UHGV virus genome: UHGV-0168748
DNA length: 44,209 nucleotides
Reading direction: 5' to 3' (one strand)
Origin: a virus
The position numbers and the translations under genes are program-made. Under the pieces are notes generated by a model. The model made no database searches. It was not told the origin of the DNA and saw only the letters and a program-made list of their open reading frames with translations. Shown in pieces: positions 9,215-19,480 of the stretch (its first letter is position 1; the number at the start of each line of letters is the position of its first letter).

Positions 9215-10022
9215 TCTGGTCTCCAATTTGGTATTCGTCAAGGTTTACCGTGACCTGAACTTCGTAGATTTTATTGTCCTTCTGACGCTTTAAGGTCAAA
9301 AGGATTTCGAAGCTACGTACGTCAATTGCCTTGAGTACCCTCATAAACCATTTCCAGGAAAACTTCTTTTTCAATCTTAGATTGTGCTGCATGTTGTGCC
9401 GCAAATCATTCCGTTTTGACGGCGTTTGTTCACAATTGACAGGATTGTTAACGAAGTTTGTGGAAAGCCGATACCACCAATCTGCATTCATTTTCATGTT
9501 TGCAAAGATGGTCCAGATTAACCGAGATAATGGGTGCTCCATCATCTTGGCAGTTTCAGCACAATTCTGGAAATAACGGTTTAGCTGCGCCGTTGCAGAT
9601 TCCTTAGGACGTTCGTCGTTGTCTTCGAACAAGTCCCGAGCGAGATCCTCACGTACACGGGTAGTAATTTCAGATACGGTTTTTGTTTTGAAGTGGCCCC
9701 GGTAAGTGGTTACACAAATCCGTAGTGTTTCTACGCCGGTAATCACCAACCCTTCTGTAAATCCTCGCCAGGTAAGATCAACAGGTAGCGCAGGAATGTT
9801 ACCTGAACTCAGCTTCGTGGAGATACGTTGAATACGATCGTCCATCGTTGCTTTTGAACGTGTTCTAAACTCTGGAGACAGAATGTGCCTGGCGACGGCG
9901 AGTTTATAATCCGAAGGTTTCCATCCGATTAACTCTTTATAATTCCAATAAAGCGTTTGAAGTGGTCCACCTGCACGTTCATCTTCGGCGTCCACAACCA
10001 CACTTACTTTCTTGTTATCCAT
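9180..10022 (-). CDS. hypothetical protein
   Basis: 280-aa track ORF; 3' end overlaps the start of the next gene. Confidence 0.5.
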   Translation of the reverse strand: MDNKKVSVVVDAEDERAGGPLQTLYWNYKELIGWKPSDYKLAVARHILSPEFRTRSKATMDDRIQRISTKLSSGNIPALPVDLTWRGFTEGLVITGVETLRICVTTYRGHFKTKTVSEITTRVREDLARDLFEDNDERPKESATAQLNRYFQNCAETAKMMEHPLSRLIWTIFANMKMNADWWYRLSTNFVNNPVNCEQTPSKRNDLRHNMQHNLRLKKKFSWKWFMRVLKAIDVRSFEILLTLKRQKDNKIYEVQVTVNLDEYQIGDQNENRPNNQPNK

Positions 10023-10055
10023 TACATCACCTTGTTACAAGGGGTTACTGGTTTA

Positions 10056-10604
10056 TTAAATAGGGCGTTCTAAAAGGTAGTGTTCGACAAGTGTTTCCAA
10101 TTCCCGGAATAAATGCGCAGATTGATTCACCAGCGCTTTGTCTTCGTCGGACTCCGGTTTAAGGAACGCCGATTCATAAGGTTGAATCAACGCTAATAGC
10201 ATACCTAACTTATAAGCGGCGACCTCAGGACTGGACGTCCCAAAATAAGTGTCTAGCCATCGGTTTTCCGCTAAGTCGTTTCGTTTATTTAATGCTTCAG
10301 GTAATGGTAGCCATTCAATTGAACTCCTGTTAATTGCACGCTGATATTCATTGATGAGAAAAGCTAAACGTTGGTAAACAATATCAATGTTATTAATGCG
10401 TAATTCGAGGAAACCACGAAGGCTGGGGCGGTAGGGCGGCTCATTTATGTTTAAAGGCAACGTAAGCAATTGTAAGCCAGTAAACACTCTGACATAAGGG
10501 TTGTGGGTGTTCTTATGGAACTCCTGCTTCAGAGACTCTCTGAGGGCTTTTAAACGGTTATTCTCTAACCGTTGTTTAAAACGAGTTATTATTCCTGTTA
10601 ACAT
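10056..10604 (-). CDS. hypothetical protein
   Basis: 182-aa track ORF with AGGAG RBS. Confidence 0.55.
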   Translation of the reverse strand: MLTGIITRFKQRLENNRLKALRESLKQEFHKNTHNPYVRVFTGLQLLTLPLNINEPPYRPSLRGFLELRINNIDIVYQRLAFLINEYQRAINRSSIEWLPLPEALNKRNDLAENRWLDTYFGTSSPEVAAYKLGMLLALIQPYESAFLKPESDEDKALVNQSAHLFRELETLVEHYLLERPI

Positions 10605-10675
10605 AATTCACTCCTAAAGAATGTCTCACGTAGATAATATCTGTCTGACTTCTTTTTGAAATTGAGGTAGTAAGA

Positions 10676-11140
10676 ATGGCTGACGAAGAAGTGAAATATC
10701 AGGCGTTCGATGGAGATGTAGACGACGAAGAATCGCTTCTCCGCCAAACGCAGCAAGCCCGTGTTCGCATTGTGAATCTTATCTTAGACGATCCGAATGC
10801 ACACAAAGACTTGAAAACGGTAGACCGATTAGGGTCTTTGCTTAACGACGTTGATAAACAAATCATTTCCAAACGTCGTGTTGCCGCCGCACAGAAAAAC
10901 AGCGAAGCTAACCAAGATTTGGCAAACGCACTTAATAGCATCCTCATGCAACGTGGCAATATCAAAATACGTCGTCACGATGAGGAAGTCGAACAAAACC
11001 AGGGGTACCAACCCCCCGTTCCTAACATTCCTAATGTTGAAGTGTCGGAAGGGGAGCTGGCTCCAGTCGGCGAACAAATTGACGTTAAGTCCATTATGAC
11101 GGCGGCGTTTGCGCGTCCTGAGCAGGGCGAGCAAGACTAA
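10676..11140 (+). CDS. hypothetical acidic protein
   Basis: 154-aa ORF with GAGGTAG RBS; divergent from 10056-10604. Confidence 0.5.
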   Translation: MADEEVKYQAFDGDVDDEESLLRQTQQARVRIVNLILDDPNAHKDLKTVDRLGSLLNDVDKQIISKRRVAAAQKNSEANQDLANALNSILMQRGNIKIRRHDEEVEQNQGYQPPVPNIPNVEVSEGELAPVGEQIDVKSIMTAAFARPEQGEQD

Positions 11141-11816
11141 ATAAAGCGGCATCTCGTGGGTCGACACCGACCCACTCTGCCATAAACCGGATATGTTCCT
11201 TAAAGGGGTTAACGCCGTCTTGTTTGATTTGTTCAACCAAATTCCCGGTCAGTTCTGGTGTAAGCATGGCTGGGTGTGTGATAGTAAAGCTCGGAATGGG
11301 CTTTTTCAAGTGTTCAGCATTAAGCTTAATCCACTCGAACCAATCGTACATTATCCAGCAATCCCATGCCAGTGACAATCTCCCTGGTGTGAGGTCTTCT
11401 AACGACCAGGACACTAGTTCGACCTGCACGTTACTGTAGTACATTCGAAACAGATTCAAAAAAGCTTGAAGTTCTTCGCCAGTTAAATCTGTATAAGGCC
11501 AGGTATTGATGGTCAGTGTGGGTTTTTCGATTGGCGAATGCATTTCGATTTCAAGCAACATACACTCGAATTCGTTTTTCATTGTCGCCAACAACTCAGT
11601 AGGTTGCGCATTGACTAACGCACGTTTATCCCGTTTTCGCCACTCCTCTTCCCACTTCTCAAACCCTAACACACCAGCCCACGCTTCTGTATAACGACGA
11701 CGATAAACATCGTAGTCTAGCAGTGCCAAGCTTTCAGGTTTAATAGCCTTTACCCAACCTAAACGCGTGTCGAATAACGTATCAATGTCGATTAAGAAAC
11801 GACGCGATAATCTCAT
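11094..11816 (-). CDS. hypothetical protein
   Basis: 240-aa track ORF; convergent 47-nt overlap with 10676-11140. Confidence 0.5.
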   Translation of the reverse strand: MRLSRRFLIDIDTLFDTRLGWVKAIKPESLALLDYDVYRRRYTEAWAGVLGFEKWEEEWRKRDKRALVNAQPTELLATMKNEFECMLLEIEMHSPIEKPTLTINTWPYTDLTGEELQAFLNLFRMYYSNVQVELVSWSLEDLTPGRLSLAWDCWIMYDWFEWIKLNAEHLKKPIPSFTITHPAMLTPELTGNLVEQIKQDGVNPFKEHIRFMAEWVGVDPRDAALFSLARPAQDAQTPPS

Positions 11817-12481
11817 GACGGATGGCCTATGTTATTTCCGATGTGCATCGCTTTTAGGTACGCTGACCAGGTGCGCGTTGCTTTAGAACTCGTTCGTTCT
11901 GCACCGGGTAAGTCAATACGCCCTTTACCGGTTTGACGTAGAGACTGATAGAAAGCGCGTTGCAGAGCTTCGTTACCACCACGTGCCCACAAGAACTCTT
12001 TCAGTGTCCAGTCGTGGCCATCGGAATACATGATATACGCTTCTGGGAAGGACACCCCTGATGCTTTAGACGGCCCGACAACCTGACCGGAGAGTTTATC
12101 ACGAACTTTGTCGTTTTTCGCCACCGCCATTTTCTTTTCTTGCATCTGTGTCTGACGACGAACAGGCAAGCGTAAGACCAGGTGGGGATAACGTGTACGA
12201 TGATAAACACCCGTTTTCGGTTCCGTTAACCACAAACGTTGTTCCAGGTTCACCCCTAAGAGTTTACACACCTCGATATTGCGCAGGTGGTCAATCTCAA
12301 CTTTACTTCCCACCGGGTTGTAAATAGGTAAACCGTTACGTAGTTGGTTAAACTGTTCGTCGGTCATTCTTGCGAAGGCTTTCTTTGCCGCCTCAGCATT
12401 AATACCCGAGGGGTCTACCAACTTTAGTATTTGTAAGGCGTAGGCTTCCGCCTTTTTACGCCGCGCTGGATCGAGTTTCAT
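11813..12481 (-). CDS. hypothetical protein
   Basis: 222-aa track ORF. Confidence 0.55.
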   Translation of the reverse strand: MKLDPARRKKAEAYALQILKLVDPSGINAEAAKKAFARMTDEQFNQLRNGLPIYNPVGSKVEIDHLRNIEVCKLLGVNLEQRLWLTEPKTGVYHRTRYPHLVLRLPVRRQTQMQEKKMAVAKNDKVRDKLSGQVVGPSKASGVSFPEAYIMYSDGHDWTLKEFLWARGGNEALQRAFYQSLRQTGKGRIDLPGAERTSSKATRTWSAYLKAMHIGNNIGHPS

Positions 12482-12755
12482 TGTCTACCGCCTTACGTAA
12501 ATTGGATAGCGTCTCTGCTTCAAGCAGGTCAATCCAGTAACTGATCGCATCTGTGTCTTCAGGGAGATCAAAAGTTACCGGTGCGTACCCGTAACGTACT
12601 AATAGGTTCGAGTAATACTCAGCGACCTTTAAACAAAAGGATTCCAGATCGGGAAACGGATGAGTGAAGGCTTCACGAAATTCGGCCGCTGTTTCTAAAC
12701 TAACACTTGCCAATCCTTCACTTAAGCGTTCCACAATCTCCGTTTGATAACGCAT
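12456..12755 (-). CDS. hypothetical protein
   Basis: 99-aa track ORF. Confidence 0.45.
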   Translation of the reverse strand: MRYQTEIVERLSEGLASVSLETAAEFREAFTHPFPDLESFCLKVAEYYSNLLVRYGYAPVTFDLPEDTDAISYWIDLLEAETLSNLRKAVDNETRSSAA

Positions 12756-12771
12756 AGCGACTCCTTAGGAC

Positions 12772-12810
12772 GGGTAGGGTAAACCCTACCCGAACCTATT
12801 TATTTCTTTT
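12772..12810 (+). terminator. hairpin with T-run in plus orientation, inside a minus-strand gene block
   Basis: GGGTAGGGT-AAA-CCCTACCC followed by a T-rich tract on the plus strand only. Confidence 0.4.
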
Positions 12811-14296
12811 TCGTCAGGAACTTCGGTTCTAGACCATCAACAGCCATACCCAGAATGGTGCGTGCGGTTAGCGTACGCTTACCACCTTTCGTTTCCTGGT
12901 CTTTAAACATCCAGTATTCTACCGTGTTGTCCAGAATTTCATTCCAGTCCCATTTCTCGTCAATCAATTTGTAAATCTCACCCATGCTGAGATGATACTT
13001 CATTTCAAGACGATGGTAGTTGTTTTGCATATACGCAATAGCCGCAGTGATTTCCAATGCACGACGTAAGCGTGGGTTATCAGAAATCATATCGCGGATT
13101 GTCGTACGTTGGAATTTCACACCAGGCAGAATGTCCAGTTCTTTGATAGAACCACCACTACCGCTTGAGGTGAAACCAAAGTCCGATTTCTTCAACGTGT
13201 CACTTAAGTAGTGCCACAAGCTCAGGTGGTATAACAGACCCATTTCCTGAGAGAAGATCATTTGGAATTTCACACCGGTGTGACCGCCCTTCGCACGATA
13301 CTGCGTAAAGGTGATAATCTTCAAGTCATTTACCGACGCGTTCATCGCTTTAGAGCGAGACGTCGGATAAAGTTCTTCGTTAACACCGGTCTGCGCGTTA
13401 TAGCTCTGGTCTTTCTTCAGTTCCCCTGATTTCGTAGCAACGATAAACGAGTTCGTTAAAAAGCTAAGCTGGCGACGAGGAATACCTGCGAATTTTAAAT
13501 CATCGTTGGCATCGTCAAGAATTTTCGCATTTGCTTTTTGTGCTTGACGTCCCCCAGCCATGGCTTTACCGGAGTCATCAGCCATCTGTGCTACGAAGCC
13601 CATATAGAACCCACCACGTGCAAACGCTGATGGCCAACGGCTCATCATGTTCGATTTTTGCAGTGCGTCGTGGGCGTTCAGGATGTTCTGATCAGAATCC
13701 CCGATATCTGTTTTTGCGTGCTTGTCTTCCAGCGAACTGGAATGCCACTCAGACAGGGAGTCGATGGAATACAACCAGGGGTCCAGGATTTCTTTTAACT
13801 TACGACGAACCGGGTCAGGGAACGGTGTTACACGAGTTTTTCCAGACATATACTGCTTGAAGCGCTTTTCGACTTCATCACGAATATAGTCACTGTAATA
13901 CTGTTCCCCAGGCATTACGTCAGAACCGACCAGGTTATAACGCCCCTCGTGAATGAGTTCCAGAACAGAGGTTCCGTCATCGATACCGTTGGCGTTCATG
14001 GCAGAGATATACCCAGTTTCTAAACGATCGAGGGCAGCAGACACTTCTGTATCGTACTTAGAACCCCACTCTGCTTTATAGCGTTGTAGGATTTGGAAAA
14101 TACAGAAATCCAACAGTGTGGATTTAAACGTGTTACCGCGACCTGCGAAACCCATGATGTGGGCAAAACCACCGTTAAGGTAGTACAAACCATCTTCACC
14201 TTTTTCGTAGTTACCTAAGGCATGATCCATGATGGTATAAACGTTAAAACGTGGACGAATTACTTCACCGATAACTTGCTTAGTTGGGCCTGCCAT
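12800..14296 (-). CDS. hypothetical large protein (498 aa)
   Basis: Track ORF; contains GFAGRGNTFKST, which resembles but does not match a Walker A P-loop. Confidence 0.6.
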   Translation of the reverse strand: MAGPTKQVIGEVIRPRFNVYTIMDHALGNYEKGEDGLYYLNGGFAHIMGFAGRGNTFKSTLLDFCIFQILQRYKAEWGSKYDTEVSAALDRLETGYISAMNANGIDDGTSVLELIHEGRYNLVGSDVMPGEQYYSDYIRDEVEKRFKQYMSGKTRVTPFPDPVRRKLKEILDPWLYSIDSLSEWHSSSLEDKHAKTDIGDSDQNILNAHDALQKSNMMSRWPSAFARGGFYMGFVAQMADDSGKAMAGGRQAQKANAKILDDANDDLKFAGIPRRQLSFLTNSFIVATKSGELKKDQSYNAQTGVNEELYPTSRSKAMNASVNDLKIITFTQYRAKGGHTGVKFQMIFSQEMGLLYHLSLWHYLSDTLKKSDFGFTSSGSGGSIKELDILPGVKFQRTTIRDMISDNPRLRRALEITAAIAYMQNNYHRLEMKYHLSMGEIYKLIDEKWDWNEILDNTVEYWMFKDQETKGGKRTLTARTILGMAVDGLEPKFLTKKK

Positions 14297-14311
14297 TTAG
14301 CGCTCCGATAA

Positions 14312-14611
14312 TTAACGATTCTTGGTCGGAAGAAGGAGACGGCGGTTGTGCCAGAATTCAAAGTAGGATTCCACCCACTCAGTAACTTCTTCCGCATTTT
14401 CAGGATAAGGGTTTTCAATCGACTCGAAACGGCGTTTATTACGCTCGTCAATTTCCAGTTCCATAACACGTTTACCGCTCGGGTACGACGTTACACTCAA
14501 GACTTTTCCAACTTGAATAGGTTTACCGTTCTGCCCTTTCTTAACAGGGGACAGATAGATTTCCGGTTCTAAACGTGGCGTGGTGTTTCGAGTCAGTAAT
14601 TTGATTTTCAT
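14312..14611 (-). CDS. hypothetical protein
   Basis: 99-aa ORF with AAGGT RBS. Confidence 0.5.
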   Translation of the reverse strand: MKIKLLTRNTTPRLEPEIYLSPVKKGQNGKPIQVGKVLSVTSYPSGKRVMELEIDERNKRRFESIENPYPENAEEVTEWVESYFEFWHNRRLLLPTKNR

Positions 14612-14709
14612 CGAGCTTTACCTTTATGGAAGAGTCTCGGTCATAAAGTTTGGGTGAACTGTAAAAAGACTTTACTATGTAACCCTGACTTATAATCCGA
14701 GGTTTTAGA

Positions 14710-15465
14710 ATGAATGTAAATCCACTTGCAGCGTTATCTAGCTTCGCCGCTAAAGCGTCTGCAATCTTACCGAAAGGGTTCAGTGGCCCTCAACAAGAGA
14801 TTGCATTAACCACTTATGACGAGATGTCGGACGTTTCCAAGTGGATGCAACAAGAAAAATTCCTACACTTTGCGGGGATGTTGGTTATCGTTCCACCAGG
14901 GTTTAATACCTACGTGATGGATCACCTGAACCGCTTAGAATCCGTATGGAGTTCACTGCAAAACATCTATACAGGTATTCTGTTACCGGTAGATAAACAA
15001 CTTTCGGCCCTTACACATGATGTGGGGGTACTGTCATTACCGATTGGTTTCCGTTACAAAAACGTTAATTTACCGCTACGTAACGTTAACCCGAAAGACC
15101 TGGTTAACTTATTAGCGAAATCGTACATTAACAACGTTATTGACCAGCGTCCGATTGAGAAGACGTACCACAGTGCAAGCGAAATTGATGTTGCGTTCAA
15201 TCGTGCCAAAGCACTGAACGTTGAGATCACAAAACGCCTACGGATGAATATCGACAAGTCAATCGAGTCCATTCGTACTACATCAGAAATTTTGTCTGAA
15301 CAAAACATCCATCCGAACGTAGCAAAAGAACTGACGATGATGTTAGATTTTGCTTCTGATTGGGTGGAACTGTTTGGTTTGTTCATGAAACAGGTTAACG
15401 AATTAATCGAATGCCTGAACGTTACTGCCGAACGCTTAAAAGCGCTTAAGGCAAACAAAAAATAA
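14710..15465 (+). CDS. hypothetical protein
   Basis: 251-aa ORF; sigma70-like TATAAT element upstream; followed by terminator. Confidence 0.55.
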   Translation: MNVNPLAALSSFAAKASAILPKGFSGPQQEIALTTYDEMSDVSKWMQQEKFLHFAGMLVIVPPGFNTYVMDHLNRLESVWSSLQNIYTGILLPVDKQLSALTHDVGVLSLPIGFRYKNVNLPLRNVNPKDLVNLLAKSYINNVIDQRPIEKTYHSASEIDVAFNRAKALNVEITKRLRMNIDKSIESIRTTSEILSEQNIHPNVAKELTMMLDFASDWVELFGLFMKQVNELIECLNVTAERLKALKANKK

Positions 15466-15516
15466 AAAAAAATAAAGCTACCCCTAGACCAGACGGTCTA
15501 GGGGTAATCTTTTTAT
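15466..15516. terminator. bidirectional rho-independent terminator
   Basis: A-run, CCCCTAGACC-AGAC-GGTCTAGGGG, T-run; between convergent genes. Confidence 0.75.
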
Positions 15517-16412
15517 TTCCCACGATAAAATCCAGAGATATAACTCGGCGCTATCCATCGCCATTCTCGCCAGCGTATTTCTGACATCTTACCACACCAC
15601 ACACGCTTCCAGTGTGCACGGCGGATGTGTGCTGCACAGTAAACCGCTAAACAAACCTCATGCCCTTCCTTGCGTTGCTGTTCTATATCTTCCCACTGCA
15701 CTGGACTTACGTCTAAAACGACCGCTTCACTACGTGGACGAATTTCGGTATCAGGAACATAACGAATTGACCTTCCACGAAATTCTTTCTTCTCACGTTC
15801 GGTTCGTTTAATTCGTGACGAAAGATAAAGTCCGATGTAAACAGCGTCCAGCAGTCGTTGACACTCCTTAACCGAAGTAAGGAACGGCTTTAGCTCGACG
15901 AAATCATCCCTACCTTTATCGATTGTGAAAATCTCGAAATCCATGTATACCGATTCTTCACGTTCTTCACACGACATAACGAAGAGAACTTCTTCACCTT
16001 CGTAAAGACGTCTTCCGATAAATAACGTGATTGAACTTTCGTCGAGGTTCACCGTAACCGAGAAAGTGAATGAAGGGATGGTTTCTATCCAGAAGTACGG
16101 GATATTCTTTAGTCTCTCGGTTTTTGCTAAGAGCGCCATCAGTTCTTCATCCGAGATGATTTCAACAGCAGCGTATTGCCATCCTAGCCCTAAAGACTGT
16201 TTAATCAATCTTGGAATTTGTTCTGTAACACCGTACTCACGGTAGGTTGGATCTTTAACCGGTATAAACGTTACGGGTATTTGACGTTTATATTCGTTAA
16301 TGAACCGTACGAAACGACACTGCTCTAACCCGTGTAACGTTTGGTGTGCTCTTTCTATTTGTTCACTCATGCGCCTTAGCGCTTTCCCATAAAGTCTACT
16401 ATTCGCTGTCAT
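15513..16412 (-). CDS. hypothetical protein
   Basis: 299-aa track ORF; Cys/His-rich C-terminal segment. Confidence 0.55.
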   Translation of the reverse strand: MTANSRLYGKALRRMSEQIERAHQTLHGLEQCRFVRFINEYKRQIPVTFIPVKDPTYREYGVTEQIPRLIKQSLGLGWQYAAVEIISDEELMALLAKTERLKNIPYFWIETIPSFTFSVTVNLDESSITLFIGRRLYEGEEVLFVMSCEEREESVYMDFEIFTIDKGRDDFVELKPFLTSVKECQRLLDAVYIGLYLSSRIKRTEREKKEFRGRSIRYVPDTEIRPRSEAVVLDVSPVQWEDIEQQRKEGHEVCLAVYCAAHIRRAHWKRVWCGKMSEIRWREWRWIAPSYISGFYRGK

Positions 16413-16449
16413 TATAATACTCCTAGAGGGCCGAAAGTAATTTCGAGAT

Positions 16450-16486
16450 ATAAAAAAGAAAAGCTACCCTAGCCGAAGCTAGGGTG
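16450..16486 (-). terminator. rho-independent terminator
   Basis: ACCCTAGC-CGAA-GCTAGGGT, U-run on minus strand. Confidence 0.65.
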
Positions 16487-16490
16487 TCTA

Positions 16491-16976
16491 TTAGTCAATT
16501 TGGACGTAATCTGGATAATTGGCTTTTAACCACTCCCACAACTGGTACGCGAGATGGTTTTGGTCGGTACTGATAATAGCCATCATCTCATGAATCGTGC
16601 TTTCATTACCCAAGATTTGGCTATAAAAGCGACGCCATTCTGGTTCGGTATACGGTATAACCGCACCAGGCATGTATCCGTTGTGCCAGTCGGTGATCAT
16701 CGAATGGAAAGCTCCAATGCGAACATCATAAAGTCTTCTACCGATACCTGTCTGGGTAATACGTCCCGGTTGGTTGAAGAAATTGTCCAGACACATCACT
16801 AAGGATACGCGATATCTGCCCGCAACAACACTCGCTACTTGCGAAGCCATCCAGATAGCATCCACAGTTTTCGGTGCCAACATGTTACGGATAGATTGTT
16901 CCGTCCGATCGCAGTGGTTTAGAAACTCGTGGATAATATCGCTATTAGAAAGATTAATGATTGCGTTTACGTTCAT
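16491..16976 (-). CDS. hypothetical protein
   Basis: 161-aa track ORF. Confidence 0.55.
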   Translation of the reverse strand: MNVNAIINLSNSDIIHEFLNHCDRTEQSIRNMLAPKTVDAIWMASQVASVVAGRYRVSLVMCLDNFFNQPGRITQTGIGRRLYDVRIGAFHSMITDWHNGYMPGAVIPYTEPEWRRFYSQILGNESTIHEMMAIISTDQNHLAYQLWEWLKANYPDYVQID

Positions 16977-16977
16977 T

Positions 16978-17502
16978 TTACTGTCCTAAAATTGGGGAGA
17001 GTCCATCTGCGGTGTTTAACAACGCTTTTGTAATTTCGTAGTTGGTCTCTTTCAGGATAGCGAGACAAACGGTGATGTAAACTTCAATTGCTAACATGAT
17101 TTCTTGTTCAGTCAGCAACGGTTCAGTACCGCCAATCCCGTAACGCTGTGCCGCGTACTCAATTTCAAGTTTCAAACGTTTCCATAATGCCTCGTCGTCA
17201 GTTAGGCGGGCACAGGCACGATCAAAACGTCTTTTATAAACGCCGATTTTGTGGTCAATTTCACGACGCAGTTGGTCAGCGGTTGCGTCACCATCAATAG
17301 TGATAGTAACATTGTCAACTAAACAGTAATGTACCGTGTGTCGTAAGTTGTGTAATGTGGCGGCAGTAACGACCTGTTCCTGATAACTGTTAAAACCGTG
17401 AGCACCACAAAGCTTACGTGCAACCGCGCTAGAGATTTTTTCCTCTAACGCTATCGGTGTAACGACGGTTGTTTTCTTACGAAGTTGGATTAAAATATCC
17501 AT
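16978..17502 (-). CDS. hypothetical protein
   Basis: 174-aa track ORF. Confidence 0.55.
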   Translation of the reverse strand: MDILIQLRKKTTVVTPIALEEKISSAVARKLCGAHGFNSYQEQVVTAATLHNLRHTVHYCLVDNVTITIDGDATADQLRREIDHKIGVYKRRFDRACARLTDDEALWKRLKLEIEYAAQRYGIGGTEPLLTEQEIMLAIEVYITVCLAILKETNYEITKALLNTADGLSPILGQ

Positions 17503-17504
17503 GA

Positions 17505-18047
17505 TTATACTCCTTTAGGTTGTTCGTATTTTGATGACAGGTAGATGAGTTCAGCACGACAAACTTTCTCAACTAACCCGAGTGTCTCGAGGAAAATATC
17601 TCGGATACGGGACATCGTTTCGTTGGTAAGAATATCACTCCAACACGTTGTGTCTATTATATCCGTTAATGAAGGTTGGCGCTGCAATATGGCGACATAC
17701 ACTTCGTCGAGCGTATCCGGGGCATTGTTCTGTAAGTAATGCGCGGCATGTAGAAAGGCTTTCTCAAGAATCAGTTGTATATCCGTATCGGGATCAGTTA
17801 CCTGGACTAAATGTGGGTGTTCCATGACCGCATGGATTTTTCGTTCCAACTGCTCAACAAGGTTGTTCACCATCGCTTCTGAATCCAGGATAGCGATTTC
17901 AGCCCCACCGTGTTCTTCAGAAATCTTATTCTCATGCACAGCAATCGCGTCGTGCAACTCAAGCGCAATTCGACTACGCATCTCACTTAACAGTTTGTTT
18001 AATTTACCCCGTGACTCGCTGAGTGAGAAATCGATAAGTATTTTCAT
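17505..18047 (-). CDS. hypothetical protein
   Basis: 180-aa track ORF. Confidence 0.55.
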   Translation of the reverse strand: MKILIDFSLSESRGKLNKLLSEMRSRIALELHDAIAVHENKISEEHGGAEIAILDSEAMVNNLVEQLERKIHAVMEHPHLVQVTDPDTDIQLILEKAFLHAAHYLQNNAPDTLDEVYVAILQRQPSLTDIIDTTCWSDILTNETMSRIRDIFLETLGLVEKVCRAELIYLSSKYEQPKGV

Positions 18048-18787
18048 TATACGTATTCCTGATAAATTGCCCGGCCCCGATCTTCTCGAATCTGGCAGTA
18101 AGTTACAACAGTACCGTTAGGGATTTGTACGCCGGTGTCTTCAAGGTAAATAACACCTGTAGCTTCGCAGAGATAAAACGACCACAATCGTGAGTCACCA
18201 AGTCGTGCATTCTCGTAGTGACTGAATGGCCAGTAACCGCAGTGAAGCTCAACATAGTCTCCCCGTTCTATCCCGTAAGCAACCATTTCTTTTTCCCATA
18301 ACTTACATTCGGCGTCGTAGGTCGAGTACCAGAATCCAACCAGGTTCTTTGTTTGTTTAACGTTGAGTAAGTCGTTATAAATCGGAGAGAGTGCTTTGTT
18401 GAAGGTTTCTAGCATCTCTGGGGAGAGTAGGTAACTCACGTAATATTCTAACCAGTGACAAATAGCTTCCCAGACGTCTTCGGAAGCGAAGTGTTCGAAC
18501 ACAGCATCATCACAATCGTAGTTATCGTAGATTGCAGAGAGGTCTACTGTAACGTCACGTAGGTCGACAGTTCGGTTAGTGTTAATGGCGTTGATAATTT
18601 CAGCGATAAACTGAGTAAAGATACTTGTGCAGGCGGATTGTGCGGTATAAAAGAACTCTCCTTGAACAGTTGACCATCTTGGGTCCTTCAAACGCTCATT
18701 GAAGTATCGCGGCCAAATTTTATAAAAGATTCCCTCGAACAACGAGGGATTGATGCGTTGTAACTGAGGGACATAAACTTTTAGCAT
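18047..18787 (-). CDS. hypothetical protein
   Basis: 246-aa track ORF. Confidence 0.55.
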   Translation of the reverse strand: MLKVYVPQLQRINPSLFEGIFYKIWPRYFNERLKDPRWSTVQGEFFYTAQSACTSIFTQFIAEIINAINTNRTVDLRDVTVDLSAIYDNYDCDDAVFEHFASEDVWEAICHWLEYYVSYLLSPEMLETFNKALSPIYNDLLNVKQTKNLVGFWYSTYDAECKLWEKEMVAYGIERGDYVELHCGYWPFSHYENARLGDSRLWSFYLCEATGVIYLEDTGVQIPNGTVVTYCQIREDRGRAIYQEYV

Positions 18788-18823
18788 TTTAATAACTCCA
18801 ATGGTGTTACACCTGGATAATAT

Positions 18824-19480
18824 CTATCTAAGAAACTTTTTAGCGAAGTCGAAATCGAGGGCATACTCCGTAACTGTTGCGTCGTACCCAGAATGAATCT
18901 GGTCGGACATTAGAAGGTATTGGTTTAGGTCAGGTGGAAGTATCCACGCATCACCTTGTTTAAATAACGAATAGCGCAAAGGGGAAGGGGTGATTTCTTC
19001 TGGCGCGGAGGTTCTTACTGCGGTCAGGTCATTTACGTTTAATGAAACCAAACGCACAGGATAATTTATCCCTATTTCCGTTAAGCACGTACGACGATCT
19101 AACCAAACGATTTCGCCGGGATAACGGTCGAGTTCCGACCACAGCTTGCAGCAAGCGGTATTAAAGTCCTTTCGTAGCTCTGGTGTTCCTTCTACATATC
19201 CGATACATTCTTCAGTAAGCGGGGCGTGGAGACGTTCAGGATTAACACTACGTATCCGTGCTACTGAGAAATAATCATCCAGTGGATCGCACCCCGCATT
19301 ACGTAAACCTATCACACCCCATAGCGCTTGTAAGGAGAAGCCTAAAGCAAGCTGCTCCAACTCTAGAGTTTCGTCGGAATAAGGGGCGCGAAAGCCCCAT
19401 TTACGATTAGCCGTTTCTAAGAAACGTTGTTGAAGGTACCGAGGGGCTTTTGTCATGACTTCGCTATAAACAACTAGCAT
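18824..19480 (-). CDS. hypothetical protein
   Basis: 218-aa track ORF. Confidence 0.55.
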   Translation of the reverse strand: MLVVYSEVMTKAPRYLQQRFLETANRKWGFRAPYSDETLELEQLALGFSLQALWGVIGLRNAGCDPLDDYFSVARIRSVNPERLHAPLTEECIGYVEGTPELRKDFNTACCKLWSELDRYPGEIVWLDRRTCLTEIGINYPVRLVSLNVNDLTAVRTSAPEEITPSPLRYSLFKQGDAWILPPDLNQYLLMSDQIHSGYDATVTEYALDFDFAKKFLR

